A stretch of 64,000 bases of DNA from Acidobacteriota bacterium. Lineage in GTDB: Bacteria > Acidobacteriota > Thermoanaerobaculia > UBA5066. The stretch covers positions 3,376-67,375 of the forward strand of contig JAKPXO010000228.1 of assembly GCA_029567505.1 (NCBI GenBank). The letters are read 5' to 3'. Below the pieces are notes generated by a model, which saw nothing but the letters and a program-made list of their open reading frames with translations, did no database searches and had not been told where the DNA came from. Numbering within the stretch: the stretch's first letter is position 1; each line of letters opens with the position of its first letter. The translations under genes were made by a program, and so were the position numbers. This document shows positions 37,274 through 46,381 of this stretch, piece after piece.

Positions 37274-38053
37274 GTGAAGCCGATCGACCTCGTCCTCCTC
37301 CTCGGGGTCGGGCTCCCGATCGTCGCGGCGATCGTCGTCGTCGCGGCGCGGCGCGGCGCGTTCCGGCGGGACGAGTTCCCTCACGATCGGCGGCGGGCCG
37401 GTGCGCTCGTCGCGCTCGGCGTCACGCTCGCGGCCACGACGATCCTACCGGCGTTCTCGCTCGGTCGCCCGATCGACCCGGCCCGCCTCAGCCTCCCGTC
37501 GATCCTCGCGCTCCAGCAGCTCCTCCTGTTCTTCCTCGTCGCGTGGTGGCTGCTCGCGGGGCGACCGCCGCTCGCGGAGTTCCTCGCGCTCACGTCCGCG
37601 AGCCCGCGGAGGGAGGTCCGGACGGGTCTCGTCGTGGGTCTCGCGGGGTGGGGGCTGACGGTCGCCGCCGGGCTCGTCGTGCTGGGCGTCCTCCGCTTCG
37701 CCGGCGTGGACGAGGTCCGGCCGATCCCGCCGCTCGTCCGCTGGCTCGCGAGCCAGCCCTTCGCGAGCCGGCTCGTCCTGGTGGCGGCGGCCATGACCGT
37801 CGAGGAGGTCTTCTTCCGAAGCTTCCTCCAGCGGCGGCTCGGGGCGGTCCCCGCGTCGATCCTCTTCCTCGTCTCCCACGGCGGCTACGGCGACCCGCTC
37901 TACTTCGTCGGTCTCCTCGCCATCACGACGGTCCTCGCCGTGACGTTCGAGAGGACGGGCTCCGTCCTCGCCCCGATGGTGGCCCACGGGACGTTCGACG
38001 CGGTCCAGCTGCTCCTCGTCCTCCCGTCCGCGGTCCGGGCGATCCCGGGCTGA
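37274..38053 (+). CDS. CPBP-family (CAAX-protease-like) intramembrane metalloprotease
   Basis: Polytopic. Motif 1 VEEVFFRSFLQ (EExxxR), later FxxxH-type motif HGTFDAV. Confidence 0.7.
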   Translation: MKPIDLVLLLGVGLPIVAAIVVVAARRGAFRRDEFPHDRRRAGALVALGVTLAATTILPAFSLGRPIDPARLSLPSILALQQLLLFFLVAWWLLAGRPPLAEFLALTSASPRREVRTGLVVGLAGWGLTVAAGLVVLGVLRFAGVDEVRPIPPLVRWLASQPFASRLVLVAAAMTVEEVFFRSFLQRRLGAVPASILFLVSHGGYGDPLYFVGLLAITTVLAVTFERTGSVLAPMVAHGTFDAVQLLLVLPSAVRAIPG

Positions 38054-38056
38054 GGC

Positions 38057-39349
38057 TCAGGCGGGGGGCGGGGGGACCACGCTCCGGACGACTTCGACGA
38101 GATCGCCGCGAACGGAGATCCGGGGCCGGGCCGGAGCGGGACGCGTCGCGTAGAGCGGCCCGAGGAGCTCCGCGATGCGGGCCGCGCCCGCCGGCGTCGC
38201 CGCCCGGATCCGCCAGAGGAATCCGACGCCATGCGCGCCCGGCGACTTTCCGGGGCAAGAGAAGACGATCCGGTCGTCCTGCCAGGCGGCCGCGGCGTCG
38301 CGGGACTCGTCGCCGGCCCCGGCCTGCTCGAGGAGTGTGCCGAGGACCCACTCGCCGAGCGTGTCGGCCCACGACGCGGTCCCGCCGCCCGGGACCGCCC
38401 GCGGCGTCGGACGGTCGGCCGGAGCGAGGCGGAGGCGCGCGGGGAGGACGACGCCGGGCCGGAGGATCTCCCGGGTCGTCGTGGGAAGCCGGCGGTAGGC
38501 TGCGTCGACGGCGGGCCAGCCACCGGCCGCCTTCTTCTGCCGGACCCAGGCGGTGCCGGCGGCGTAGGGAAAGACGAGCTCCCGCACGAAGTACGCGGGG
38601 ACGCCCTCGGCGCCGTCGACGCCGTCCGGGTCGTCGAGGCCGTCGAGGACCTGCCCGAGGGGATCGGCTCCGAGGGCCTCCCGGGCCTCTTCGGGAACGC
38701 TCTCGAGGAGGGCCTCGGTCATGAGGACCGTCGCCTCTCCTTCGAGGAAGGCCTGGAGGGCGAGGAGGGCGTCCGTCGAGTCCCGAAGCGCCTTCATCCT
38801 CCGGTCGAGGCCGAGACGCTGGTCCTGGAGGGCGTGCGTCAGCTCGTGAGCGAGGAGCAGCTGCTCCATCAGCTCGCCCGCCGGGCCGGCGACGTCCCGG
38901 GACCGCTCCGGGACGATGTAGAAGCGTTTCTCGCCCGGGTCGTAGAAGCCGACGACCTGGCGGGTGTAGAGGCGAATCAGGCGATCGAGGAGCCCGGGAG
39001 AAGGCTCGATCAGCCCGAGGGCGGCCAGTCCCGCGGCGTAGGCCTCGAACGGGATCGGGAGGTCCTGGACGAGCTTCTTCGCGAGGACGGTCTCGAGCTG
39101 CTTCTCCGGGAGGAGAGCGGAGGCGACCGGGGCCCGGAAGGCGGCGCCCCTCACCTTCTCGACGAGCGTCTGGGCCCTCGCGACCCGGACGGCGAGAAGG
39201 GCGGAATCGTCGGAACGGGCGGGCGGGGCGGCGAGGGCGGCGAGGACGAGGAGCCCGACGACGGGGGAGAGCGGCTTCCCGAGTGGACGCCGCCGACCGG
39301 GGTCGCGTATGATTTCGGCGACGTCGTCGCAGGGCTCGGGCGCGCACAT
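38057..39349 (-). CDS. Secreted putative zinc metallopeptidase (HExxH)
   Basis: Start reassigned to ATG 39349 (signal peptide LVLAALAAPPARS). LLAHELTHALQD is an HExxH motif, with a downstream Glu-rich segment (FLEGEATVLMTE) as a possible third ligand. Confidence 0.5.
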   Translation of the reverse strand: MCAPEPCDDVAEIIRDPGRRRPLGKPLSPVVGLLVLAALAAPPARSDDSALLAVRVARAQTLVEKVRGAAFRAPVASALLPEKQLETVLAKKLVQDLPIPFEAYAAGLAALGLIEPSPGLLDRLIRLYTRQVVGFYDPGEKRFYIVPERSRDVAGPAGELMEQLLLAHELTHALQDQRLGLDRRMKALRDSTDALLALQAFLEGEATVLMTEALLESVPEEAREALGADPLGQVLDGLDDPDGVDGAEGVPAYFVRELVFPYAAGTAWVRQKKAAGGWPAVDAAYRRLPTTTREILRPGVVLPARLRLAPADRPTPRAVPGGGTASWADTLGEWVLGTLLEQAGAGDESRDAAAAWQDDRIVFSCPGKSPGAHGVGFLWRIRAATPAGAARIAELLGPLYATRPAPARPRISVRGDLVEVVRSVVPPPPA

Positions 39350-39428
39350 GGCGCCGCAGCTTAGCAGGGGCGGGGCCCCTGACCCCGTCGCTCCCGGTCT
39401 CGGTGCCGCGTCCTGACAGACCGAAACG

Positions 39429-39884
39429 ATGCCCGCAGCAGCGCCCGGCCCCATCGTCCTCTGGCTTTCGAGCCGCTACGAGAACATCGAGCTGGCTCAG
39501 GCGGCGCTCGCCCACGTCTGCCGCCTCCGGGGAATCGACGCGGAGATGGAGCACTGGATCGGAATGGCGATGCGGGAGGCGGTGGCCAACGCAGTGAAGC
39601 ACGGCAACCGGCTCGACCCCGACAAGCGCGTCCTCGTGAGGCTCGAGTCGGCGGGCGACGAGCTGACGATCGTGATCGGGGACGAGGGCGGTGGCTTCGA
39701 CCCGGAACGGGTCTCCGACCCGCTCGCCCCGGAGAACCAGCTCAAGACCTCGGGCCGCGGGATCTTCTACATCCGGACCTTCATGGACGACGTCACCTTC
39801 TCGCGGGGCGAGGGGGGCGGCACCGTCCTGACGATGCGCAAGGACCTGAGCAAGCGCGGAAACGCGAAGGGAGAGAAGCAATGA
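39429..39884 (+). CDS. Anti-sigma regulatory factor serine kinase (RsbW/SpoIIAB-like, HATPase_c)
   Basis: N-box EAVANAVKHGN, G1 box DEGGGFD, G2 GRGIF. Confidence 0.7.
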   Translation: MPAAAPGPIVLWLSSRYENIELAQAALAHVCRLRGIDAEMEHWIGMAMREAVANAVKHGNRLDPDKRVLVRLESAGDELTIVIGDEGGGFDPERVSDPLAPENQLKTSGRGIFYIRTFMDDVTFSRGEGGGTVLTMRKDLSKRGNAKGEKQ

Positions 39885-40228
39885 ACAAGAACGCCAGCAT
39901 CCGCAAGGCGGGAGAAATCACGATCATCGAGCTGAAGGGGAAGATCACGATCGGCGCCGGCGACCTCCAGATGAGGGAGGCGATCCACGCCGCTCTCGCG
40001 GAAGGGGCGCGCAAGCTCGTCGTCGACATGTCGCAGGTCGTCACGATCGACTCCTCCGGCGTCGGCGAGCTCGTCGGCTGCTTCACGACCGCCACGCACA
40101 AGGGCGCGAAGATGAAGCTGATGAACCTGCCGGCCAAGATCAGCGACGTCCTCACCGTGACGCAGCTGATCACCGTCTTCGACGTCTACCCCAACGAGGC
40201 CGAGGCGATCGCCAGCTTCAACGGCTGA
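39881..40228 (+). CDS. STAS-domain anti-sigma-factor antagonist (SpoIIAA/RsbV-like)
   Basis: 115 aa. ...LKGKIT......L......A..EGARKLVVDMSQVVTIDSSGVGELV. ATGA overlap with the kinase gene. Confidence 0.75.
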   Translation: MNKNASIRKAGEITIIELKGKITIGAGDLQMREAIHAALAEGARKLVVDMSQVVTIDSSGVGELVGCFTTATHKGAKMKLMNLPAKISDVLTVTQLITVFDVYPNEAEAIASFNG

Positions 40229-40317
40229 CCCCCCTCAGCGCCGCCGACCCTCCGGCCCGGCCCGCCTCCAACGGAGCGCGCCGGGCCGTTTCGTCTGCGT
40301 CTCCCGCGGCGTCCCGT

Positions 40318-43300
40318 TCAGGGCTCGAGCCAGAGCTCGTTCCACCTCACCGGCGGCAGGAGGAGGTGCGCCTGGACTCCGCGCAGGCGCGGGGCGTGCG
40401 CGACGAAGCCGCGGTTGTGGAAGAGGAAGACGAGCGGGGCCTCGGACTGGACGAGCCGGTCGAGCTCGCGGTAGAGCGCCTCGCGCTCGGCCGCGTCGAG
40501 CAGACGGGCGCCCTTTTCGACGAGCCGGTCGACCTCCGGATTCGCGTAGCCGCCGTCGAGGACGCTCTCGGCCTTCGAAGAGAAGAGCGAGCGGAAGAAC
40601 GTGTCGGGGTCGGGGAAGTCGGCGAACCAGCGCGAGAGCCTCACGTCGGGGAAGACGCCGTTCCTCTTGCGGGCCGCCGCCTCCTCGCCGGGAAGCACCT
40701 CGAGCGCGAGGTTCACGCCGACCGCCTCGAGCTGGGTCGCGATCGCCGGGAGCGGATTCAGCGGGTCGCGCGCGTCCTTCGGGCTGAGCCACGCCGAGAG
40801 CGTCAGCCCGTCGCCGTGGCCCGCCTCGCGGAGGAGCGCCCTCGCGGTCTCCGGCTCGTGACGGAACGGGCGGAGCGCGGGGTCGTGCCCGACGACGTGA
40901 GGCGGGAGGATCGAGGCCGCCGGGATGGAGAGGCCCGCGAAGGTCCTCTCGTTCAGCGCCGCCCTGTCGACGGCGTAGTTGAGCGCCCGGCGGACCCGGA
41001 CGTCGTCGAGCGGCGCACGGTCGCACCGGAGGACGAGGAACGACGTGTGGAGCTGGACCGAGGAGTCGATGTAGGGCCGCCAGGCCGGGTCGCCCATCAG
41101 GCGGGCCGCCTCGGGGTACGGGATGTCCCAGACGACGTCGAGCTGGCCGTCGAGGAAGCGCTGGAAGACGCCGGCCTCCGAGTCCTCGGCCAGGGCGAGG
41201 TCGATCCCGTCGGGCGCGATCCGGTTCCGCTCCCAGTAGCCGTCGAAGCGGTCGAAGCGCGCGGACTTCCCGAACGCGATCTCCCGCGGGACGAACGCGC
41301 CGGTGCCGCACGGGAAGCGACGGATCCTCTCCGGGTCGCCCAGGATCGCGGGGGGGAGGACCGTGATGTCGGGGAGCGTCAGCAGCTGTAGGAAGAAGGG
41401 GACCGGCCGCGAGAGCCGGACGGCGAGGACCGATCCGGAAGGCGCCTCGAGCCCGGCGACGCCGGGGCTCCGTCCGGCCCGGAAGTCCTCGTATCCCTCG
41501 ACGGCGTCGAACAGGGCGGCGAGCGGCGCGCCCGTGGCCGGCGAGAGGAAGCGCTCGAAGGAGGCCTTGACGTCCGCCGCCGAGAGGGTCCCGCCCTCGT
41601 GCCACCTCACGCCGCGCCGGAGGTGGAACGTGAAGAGGGTTCCGGTCGGGTCGATCTCCCACCGCTCGGCGAGCTCGGGGACGATCCGGGTCCCCTCGCC
41701 GAACTTGACGAGCCCCTCTCCCCAGGTCCGCGCGAGGATGGCCTGGGGCACGGTCTGGCTGAAGGCGGGGTCGAAGTTCGCCTCGTCGAGGTAGCGCAGC
41801 GCGGCGCGAATCCGCCCGCCGGGCGCGGGCGAGGGAAGGCGGAACAGCGAGGAGCGGGAACGGAGCAGTAGGGATTCCTGCTCGAGCGCCTGGGCCGCCT
41901 GGTTCATCGAGGTCGCGGCGTAGGCGTTCTGCCGGGCGGCTCTGCGAATCTCGTCCATCGACCCGACCACGGCGGCGGAGCCGTCGGCGAGCGTCACGGT
42001 CGCCTCCGCGATGGCGTCGACCGTCGAGGTGACGCGCTCCATCGAGCCGAGGAGCGTCTGGCCTCCGACGGCCTGCTCCTCCATCGCCCGGGCCAGCTGC
42101 TCGGTGAGCTCTCGAACGCGATCCGCCCGCGCGTGGACGGTCCGCGTCGTCTCGAGCTGGCCGCGCGTCGCCTCGGAGATTCGACCGACCTCGGCCGAGA
42201 CGCGGCCGGTCGCCTCGGAGACGCGGGCGGCGTCGGCGCTCTGCGCCACGGCCATGCCGGCGATCCCCTCGGACGCGCGGCGGGACTCGAGCGCGAGCGC
42301 CTCGATCTCGTCGAGCGTGGCGTCGGAGGTCTGGGCGAGGTCGACGCCCTCCTCCGTGCGGCGCCGCGCGTCGGCGAGGAGCCTGCGGACGTCCTCGACG
42401 CCCCCGCGGACGGAGGAGACGAGGCCGCGGACCTCCTCGGTGGAGACGGCCGTCCGCTCGGAGAGGTCGCGGATGTCGTCGGCGAGGACGGAGAAGGTCT
42501 TGCCGCTCTCGCCTGCCTGGGCGGCGATGATCGAGGCGTTGAGGGCGAGGAGGTTCGTCTCTCCCGCGATCTCCTCGATCGCGTGGAGGATCTCCCCGAT
42601 GCGCGCGCTGTGCTCGGCGAGCGCCGTGGAGGCGTCGGAGGCGCCCGAGACGGCGGCGCGGATCTCGTGCATCCCCGCCAGAGTCCCCGAGACGGCGGTC
42701 TTCCCCGAGACGACGGCCGCCGAGACGCGCTCGGAGAGCCGCGCGCCGGTCTGGGCCTGCCGGTCGGTCTCGGCGGTGGAGGAGCGGATCGCGGCGGTGG
42801 CGCGGGCCGTTTCGTCCGCGAGGCCCGAGAGGTTCTCGACGGCGGAGGCGACCTGCTGAAGAGCGGAGACGACGCCGCCGAGCGAGGCGGTCGTCTCGTC
42901 GACGAACGCCCGGAGCGCCGTGGTGCTTCGCGAGACCTCGGTGACGGAGGCCGTCATCTCGTGGAGCGAGGCGCCGGCGTTCTCGGCGGCTCCCGCGAGC
43001 GTCTCCATCGACTCGCGCAGCGAGCCGATCGCCGCGTCGGTGCCGCGCATCGCGTCGGCCGTCTCCTCCGCGCGGGAGCTCTGCATCGCCGCGGCGAGGG
43101 AGAGCTCCCGTCCCCGCGTCGTGAGGTCCACGGCTACGCCGGAAACGGCTGCGGAGAGGCGCGTGAACGACGCCAGAATCCGCTCCATCGCGACCATCAG
43201 GCCGTGGAGCGCCTCGGCGAGCGCGTTCTCTCCCGACCGCGCGAGCGCGGCCCGCGAAAGCGTGAGGTCGCCGGCCGAGGCTCGGTGCAGCGCGTCGCGC

Positions 43301-43515
43301 GTGGCTTCCCGCGAGCGCAGGAGGCGGCCGGCCGAGAGCCGACCGAGCGCCGCGACCGCCGCGGCCGTCAGGAGGCCGGTCGTGAGGACCCGAAGGGGCG
43401 ATGGACCGCGGGTGAGAGCGAGAGCGGCGAACCCGAGCAGGACGACCGCCGGCGCCAGGAGGGCCGACAGCCATTCCCGCGCGCGGGACGAGGGCTTCGT
43501 CGACGCGGCTGGCAT
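40318..43515 (-). CDS. Methyl-accepting chemotaxis protein with a C-terminal family-5 solute-binding-protein (DppA/OppA-like) domain
   Basis: Start reassigned to ATG 43515 (MPAASTK...). Two TM helices separated by only about 7 residues, a HAMP-like linker, and the MCP signalling motif EIAGETNLLALNASIIAAQAGESGKTFSVLADDIRDLSERTA. Then, with no intervening TM segment or signal peptide, an SBP_bac_5 domain (GGRIRAALRYLDEANFDP...ILARTWGEGLVKF...RRGVRWHEGG...) of about 500 aa. Confidence 0.75.
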   Translation of the reverse strand: MPAASTKPSSRAREWLSALLAPAVVLLGFAALALTRGPSPLRVLTTGLLTAAAVAALGRLSAGRLLRSREATRDALHRASAGDLTLSRAALARSGENALAEALHGLMVAMERILASFTRLSAAVSGVAVDLTTRGRELSLAAAMQSSRAEETADAMRGTDAAIGSLRESMETLAGAAENAGASLHEMTASVTEVSRSTTALRAFVDETTASLGGVVSALQQVASAVENLSGLADETARATAAIRSSTAETDRQAQTGARLSERVSAAVVSGKTAVSGTLAGMHEIRAAVSGASDASTALAEHSARIGEILHAIEEIAGETNLLALNASIIAAQAGESGKTFSVLADDIRDLSERTAVSTEEVRGLVSSVRGGVEDVRRLLADARRRTEEGVDLAQTSDATLDEIEALALESRRASEGIAGMAVAQSADAARVSEATGRVSAEVGRISEATRGQLETTRTVHARADRVRELTEQLARAMEEQAVGGQTLLGSMERVTSTVDAIAEATVTLADGSAAVVGSMDEIRRAARQNAYAATSMNQAAQALEQESLLLRSRSSLFRLPSPAPGGRIRAALRYLDEANFDPAFSQTVPQAILARTWGEGLVKFGEGTRIVPELAERWEIDPTGTLFTFHLRRGVRWHEGGTLSAADVKASFERFLSPATGAPLAALFDAVEGYEDFRAGRSPGVAGLEAPSGSVLAVRLSRPVPFFLQLLTLPDITVLPPAILGDPERIRRFPCGTGAFVPREIAFGKSARFDRFDGYWERNRIAPDGIDLALAEDSEAGVFQRFLDGQLDVVWDIPYPEAARLMGDPAWRPYIDSSVQLHTSFLVLRCDRAPLDDVRVRRALNYAVDRAALNERTFAGLSIPAASILPPHVVGHDPALRPFRHEPETARALLREAGHGDGLTLSAWLSPKDARDPLNPLPAIATQLEAVGVNLALEVLPGEEAAARKRNGVFPDVRLSRWFADFPDPDTFFRSLFSSKAESVLDGGYANPEVDRLVEKGARLLDAAEREALYRELDRLVQSEAPLVFLFHNRGFVAHAPRLRGVQAHLLLPPVRWNELWLEP

Positions 43516-43581
43516 CGCGCCGATGCTACACTTTCCGCTCCTCCGAATCGCCCGCGCCGATCGCAGCCGGAGTCGCCCGCC

Positions 43582-44481
43582 GTGTCCATCTCCCTCCCGG
43601 AAACCCTCGCCCGCGTCCGCCGCGCGGTGGACGATCGGCTCCCCGCGCTCCTCTCCGCTCAGCCTTCGGGAGCCGGCGCCCCCGCCGTCGGAGACGCGCT
43701 CCCCACGGCGGCCCGGGAGGCGCTCCTCTCGCCCGGGAAGAGGGTCCGCCCGGGCCTCGTCTTCCTCGTCGGCGAGCTCTTCGGCGCGCCGGAGGAGCGT
43801 CTCCTCGACCCCGCCTGCGCCGTGGAGATGATCCACGCCGCGTCGCTCGCGCTGGACGACCTCCCGTCGATGGACGACGCCACGACGCGGCGGGGACGCC
43901 CGGCGCTCCACGCCGTCCACGGCGAGGACCTCGCGATCCTCGCCGCGGTCACGCTCATCGTCCGGGCGTTCGGCGTCCTCGCCGACGCCGGGCTCTCCGC
44001 GCTCCGGCCGGCCACGGCGCTCGACCTCGTCTCCCGCCTGGCCGACGCGACGGGACTCCTCGGGCTCGCCTCAGGACAGTCGCTCGACCTCCGGACGCCG
44101 GAGGCGGCGGCCTCCTTCGACCGGCTCGAGACGATTCACGCCCGGAAGACCGGGGCCCTCTTCGTGGCGTCCGCGGAGTTCGGGGCGGTCCTGGGCGGGG
44201 CCCGGGAGCGCGAGCTCGCCGCGGTCCGCTCCTACGCGCGGAACGTCGGCCTCGCGTTCCAGATCGTCGACGACCTGCTGGAGCGGCAGGACCCGGCCCG
44301 GACCGGGAAGCACGCGAATCGCGCCCCGGCACCGACCTTCGCCCGGCACGTCGGCGAGGAGGGGGCCCGGCGGCTCGTCGCGGAGCTGACGGCGCACGCC
44401 GTGGAGGCGCTCGAGCCGTTCGGCGCGAAGGGGGCGCTCCTCCGGGAGTTCGCGTCGCTCCTCGGCGCGCGGACGGCCTGA
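43582..44481 (+). CDS. Second IspA-like trans-prenyl diphosphate synthase (possible GGPP synthase)
   Basis: GTG start. FARM LALDDLPSMDDATTRRG, SARM FQIVDDLLE. Confidence 0.75.
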   Translation: MSISLPETLARVRRAVDDRLPALLSAQPSGAGAPAVGDALPTAAREALLSPGKRVRPGLVFLVGELFGAPEERLLDPACAVEMIHAASLALDDLPSMDDATTRRGRPALHAVHGEDLAILAAVTLIVRAFGVLADAGLSALRPATALDLVSRLADATGLLGLASGQSLDLRTPEAAASFDRLETIHARKTGALFVASAEFGAVLGGARERELAAVRSYARNVGLAFQIVDDLLERQDPARTGKHANRAPAPTFARHVGEEGARRLVAELTAHAVEALEPFGAKGALLREFASLLGARTA

Positions 44482-44521
44482 AGGCGGGCACCGCGTCCCG
44501 CGCCCTGCTAAGGTCCGAGCC

Positions 44522-46309
44522 GTGACCGAACCCGCCGCCGGGACCCCTTCGGAACGCGATCCCGCGACGTTCGAGGAGGCGCGCGAGCGTCTTCGCGCGC
44601 GCGGCTACCTGGACCGCGGGGTCGAAGGCGCGGTCCTGAAGGGGGCGCTCGCCGCGCGGACGCGGACGCGGGCGCTCCTGCGCGGAGCCGCGCTGGCCTC
44701 CCTGCTCCTCGCCCTCGCCCTCGCCGTCGTCGAGACGGCCGCCGTCGCCCTCTCCTCCGCCCTCTCCCCGCGCGACGCCCTCGTTCTCTTCGCCTGGCTG
44801 GGCGCCGGGGCCCTCGTCGCCGCGGCCGCGCTCGTCCTCGCCCTGGCGGCGATCGCCTGGCTGCGGACGCGCGGACGGAGCGACCCGTCCCGCGCCTCGA
44901 CGGAGGTCGCCGTCGGCTTCGGCCTTCTCGCGGGCGTGGGCGCCGCCCTCGCCGCGCGCCCCGTCCTCGACGCCGCGGGACCCGTCGCCGCGGCCGTGGC
45001 GTTCGCCGCCGCGGCCGCCGCCGTCGTCCTCGCGGTCCGCGTCGCACGCGGGCTCGCGTTCACCGTCCTCGCCGCGTCGGGTCGCTCGGTCCTCTCGAGG
45101 GCGCCGCGGCCCGCACTCGCGCTCGGGACGGCGCTCGCCGCCGTCGCGGTGGCCACGGGCGGATGGCTCCTCGCGAGGCGTCCGGAGCCGCGGGCCGAGC
45201 CGCTCGTCGTCCGTGCGGGCCCGGCCCGGGTCGTGCTGGTGGCGGTGGACGGCTGGGTCCCGGAGCTTGCGCGCGGCGCGTTGCCGGTCCCCGCCGCGTC
45301 ACGCTACTCCTACCGCAAGGAGACGTCGGACCCGGCGGCGTTCTGGACGACGGTCGCGACTGGAGAGGTCGCGCGACGGCACGGCGTGGGGGCGCTCGAT
45401 CTCGTCCGTCTCGACGGTGTCTCCGCGCCGGTGAAGCTGACCGCCGGGACCGGCTGGTACCTCGGGCGGCTCCTTCCGGCGCTCGGCGTGGCGCGCGAGG
45501 AGTCGGTCACGTCGGCCGCGCGGAGGGTCCCGGCGATCTGGGAGGTGGCCCATCGAGGCGGCCTCGCGTCGCTGACGGTCAACTGGTGGACGACGTGGCC
45601 CGCGGGCGACGCGGGAGGGGTCGTCCTCGGGAACCACCTCTACTTCGCCGCGCGTGCGGGGGGGGCGCTCGAGGGCGAGGGCTGGCCGGCGGAGGCGGTG
45701 AGGCGCGCCGCGACTGCGGCGCCGCCGGCGGCCCCGGCGGCCGACGGTGCCCAGCGCCTGGTCGACGACGCGCGGGGGCTCGATGCGTTCGCGATCGCCG
45801 CGTTCCGCGGAGAGACGGCCCGATCGCGGCCGCGCCTTTCCCTCCTCTATCTTCCGGGCCTCGACATCCTCGGGGCGGCGCTCTCCGAGCCGGGACGTTC
45901 CGTCGGCGAGCGGGCCACGCTCGCGGCCGCCCTCGCCGAGGAGACGCGATCGCTCGCCTCCTTCCTCGCCGGCCCCGATGTCCTCGGCTCCTCCGCGGAG
46001 CTCGTCGTCGTGGTCCTCGACCCCGGGCGGACGGGCCGGGAGGGGGAGCTGCTCGTCGCCGGGCCTCTCGCAGCGGAAGGCGCGTCCGGAGAGGTCCGGC
46101 CGATCGACCTCGCGCCGACGCTCCTCGCCGTCCTCGGCGTCCCCGCCTCGCGTCAGGCGGAAGGGCGCGTCGACTCCCGGATCGTCCGGGCGGGTTCCGC
46201 CACGACCGCGACCGTCGGCTCGTGGGGCGCGCGGCCCCGCGGGGTCGCGGCGCCGATCGACCCGAAGGAGTACGTCGAGAGTCTCCGCTCGCTCGGTTAC
46301 CTCCGTTGA
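44522..46309 (+). CDS. Membrane-anchored alkaline-phosphatase-superfamily protein (type I phosphodiesterase / nucleotide pyrophosphatase-like)
   Basis: About six N-terminal TM helices. Then RVVLVAVDGW (metal-ligand motif) and C-terminal ...IDLAPTLLAVLGVP, typical of the Phosphodiest family. Confidence 0.5.
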   Translation: MTEPAAGTPSERDPATFEEARERLRARGYLDRGVEGAVLKGALAARTRTRALLRGAALASLLLALALAVVETAAVALSSALSPRDALVLFAWLGAGALVAAAALVLALAAIAWLRTRGRSDPSRASTEVAVGFGLLAGVGAALAARPVLDAAGPVAAAVAFAAAAAAVVLAVRVARGLAFTVLAASGRSVLSRAPRPALALGTALAAVAVATGGWLLARRPEPRAEPLVVRAGPARVVLVAVDGWVPELARGALPVPAASRYSYRKETSDPAAFWTTVATGEVARRHGVGALDLVRLDGVSAPVKLTAGTGWYLGRLLPALGVAREESVTSAARRVPAIWEVAHRGGLASLTVNWWTTWPAGDAGGVVLGNHLYFAARAGGALEGEGWPAEAVRRAATAAPPAAPAADGAQRLVDDARGLDAFAIAAFRGETARSRPRLSLLYLPGLDILGAALSEPGRSVGERATLAAALAEETRSLASFLAGPDVLGSSAELVVVVLDPGRTGREGELLVAGPLAAEGASGEVRPIDLAPTLLAVLGVPASRQAEGRVDSRIVRAGSATTATVGSWGARPRGVAAPIDPKEYVESLRSLGYLR

Positions 46310-46381
46310 GCGGGGAGGGACGCTCCGTAGAATCGGCGAACCGATGAAGAGCGGTCGATCGCGGGCCTACGAGGGAGCGCC

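Noticed and set aside
42133-43581. N-terminal 483 aa of ORF 42133-44481
   Set aside because: It is antisense to the MCP gene and low-complexity. The polyprenyl synthase begins at GTG 43582, after the divergent promoter region.
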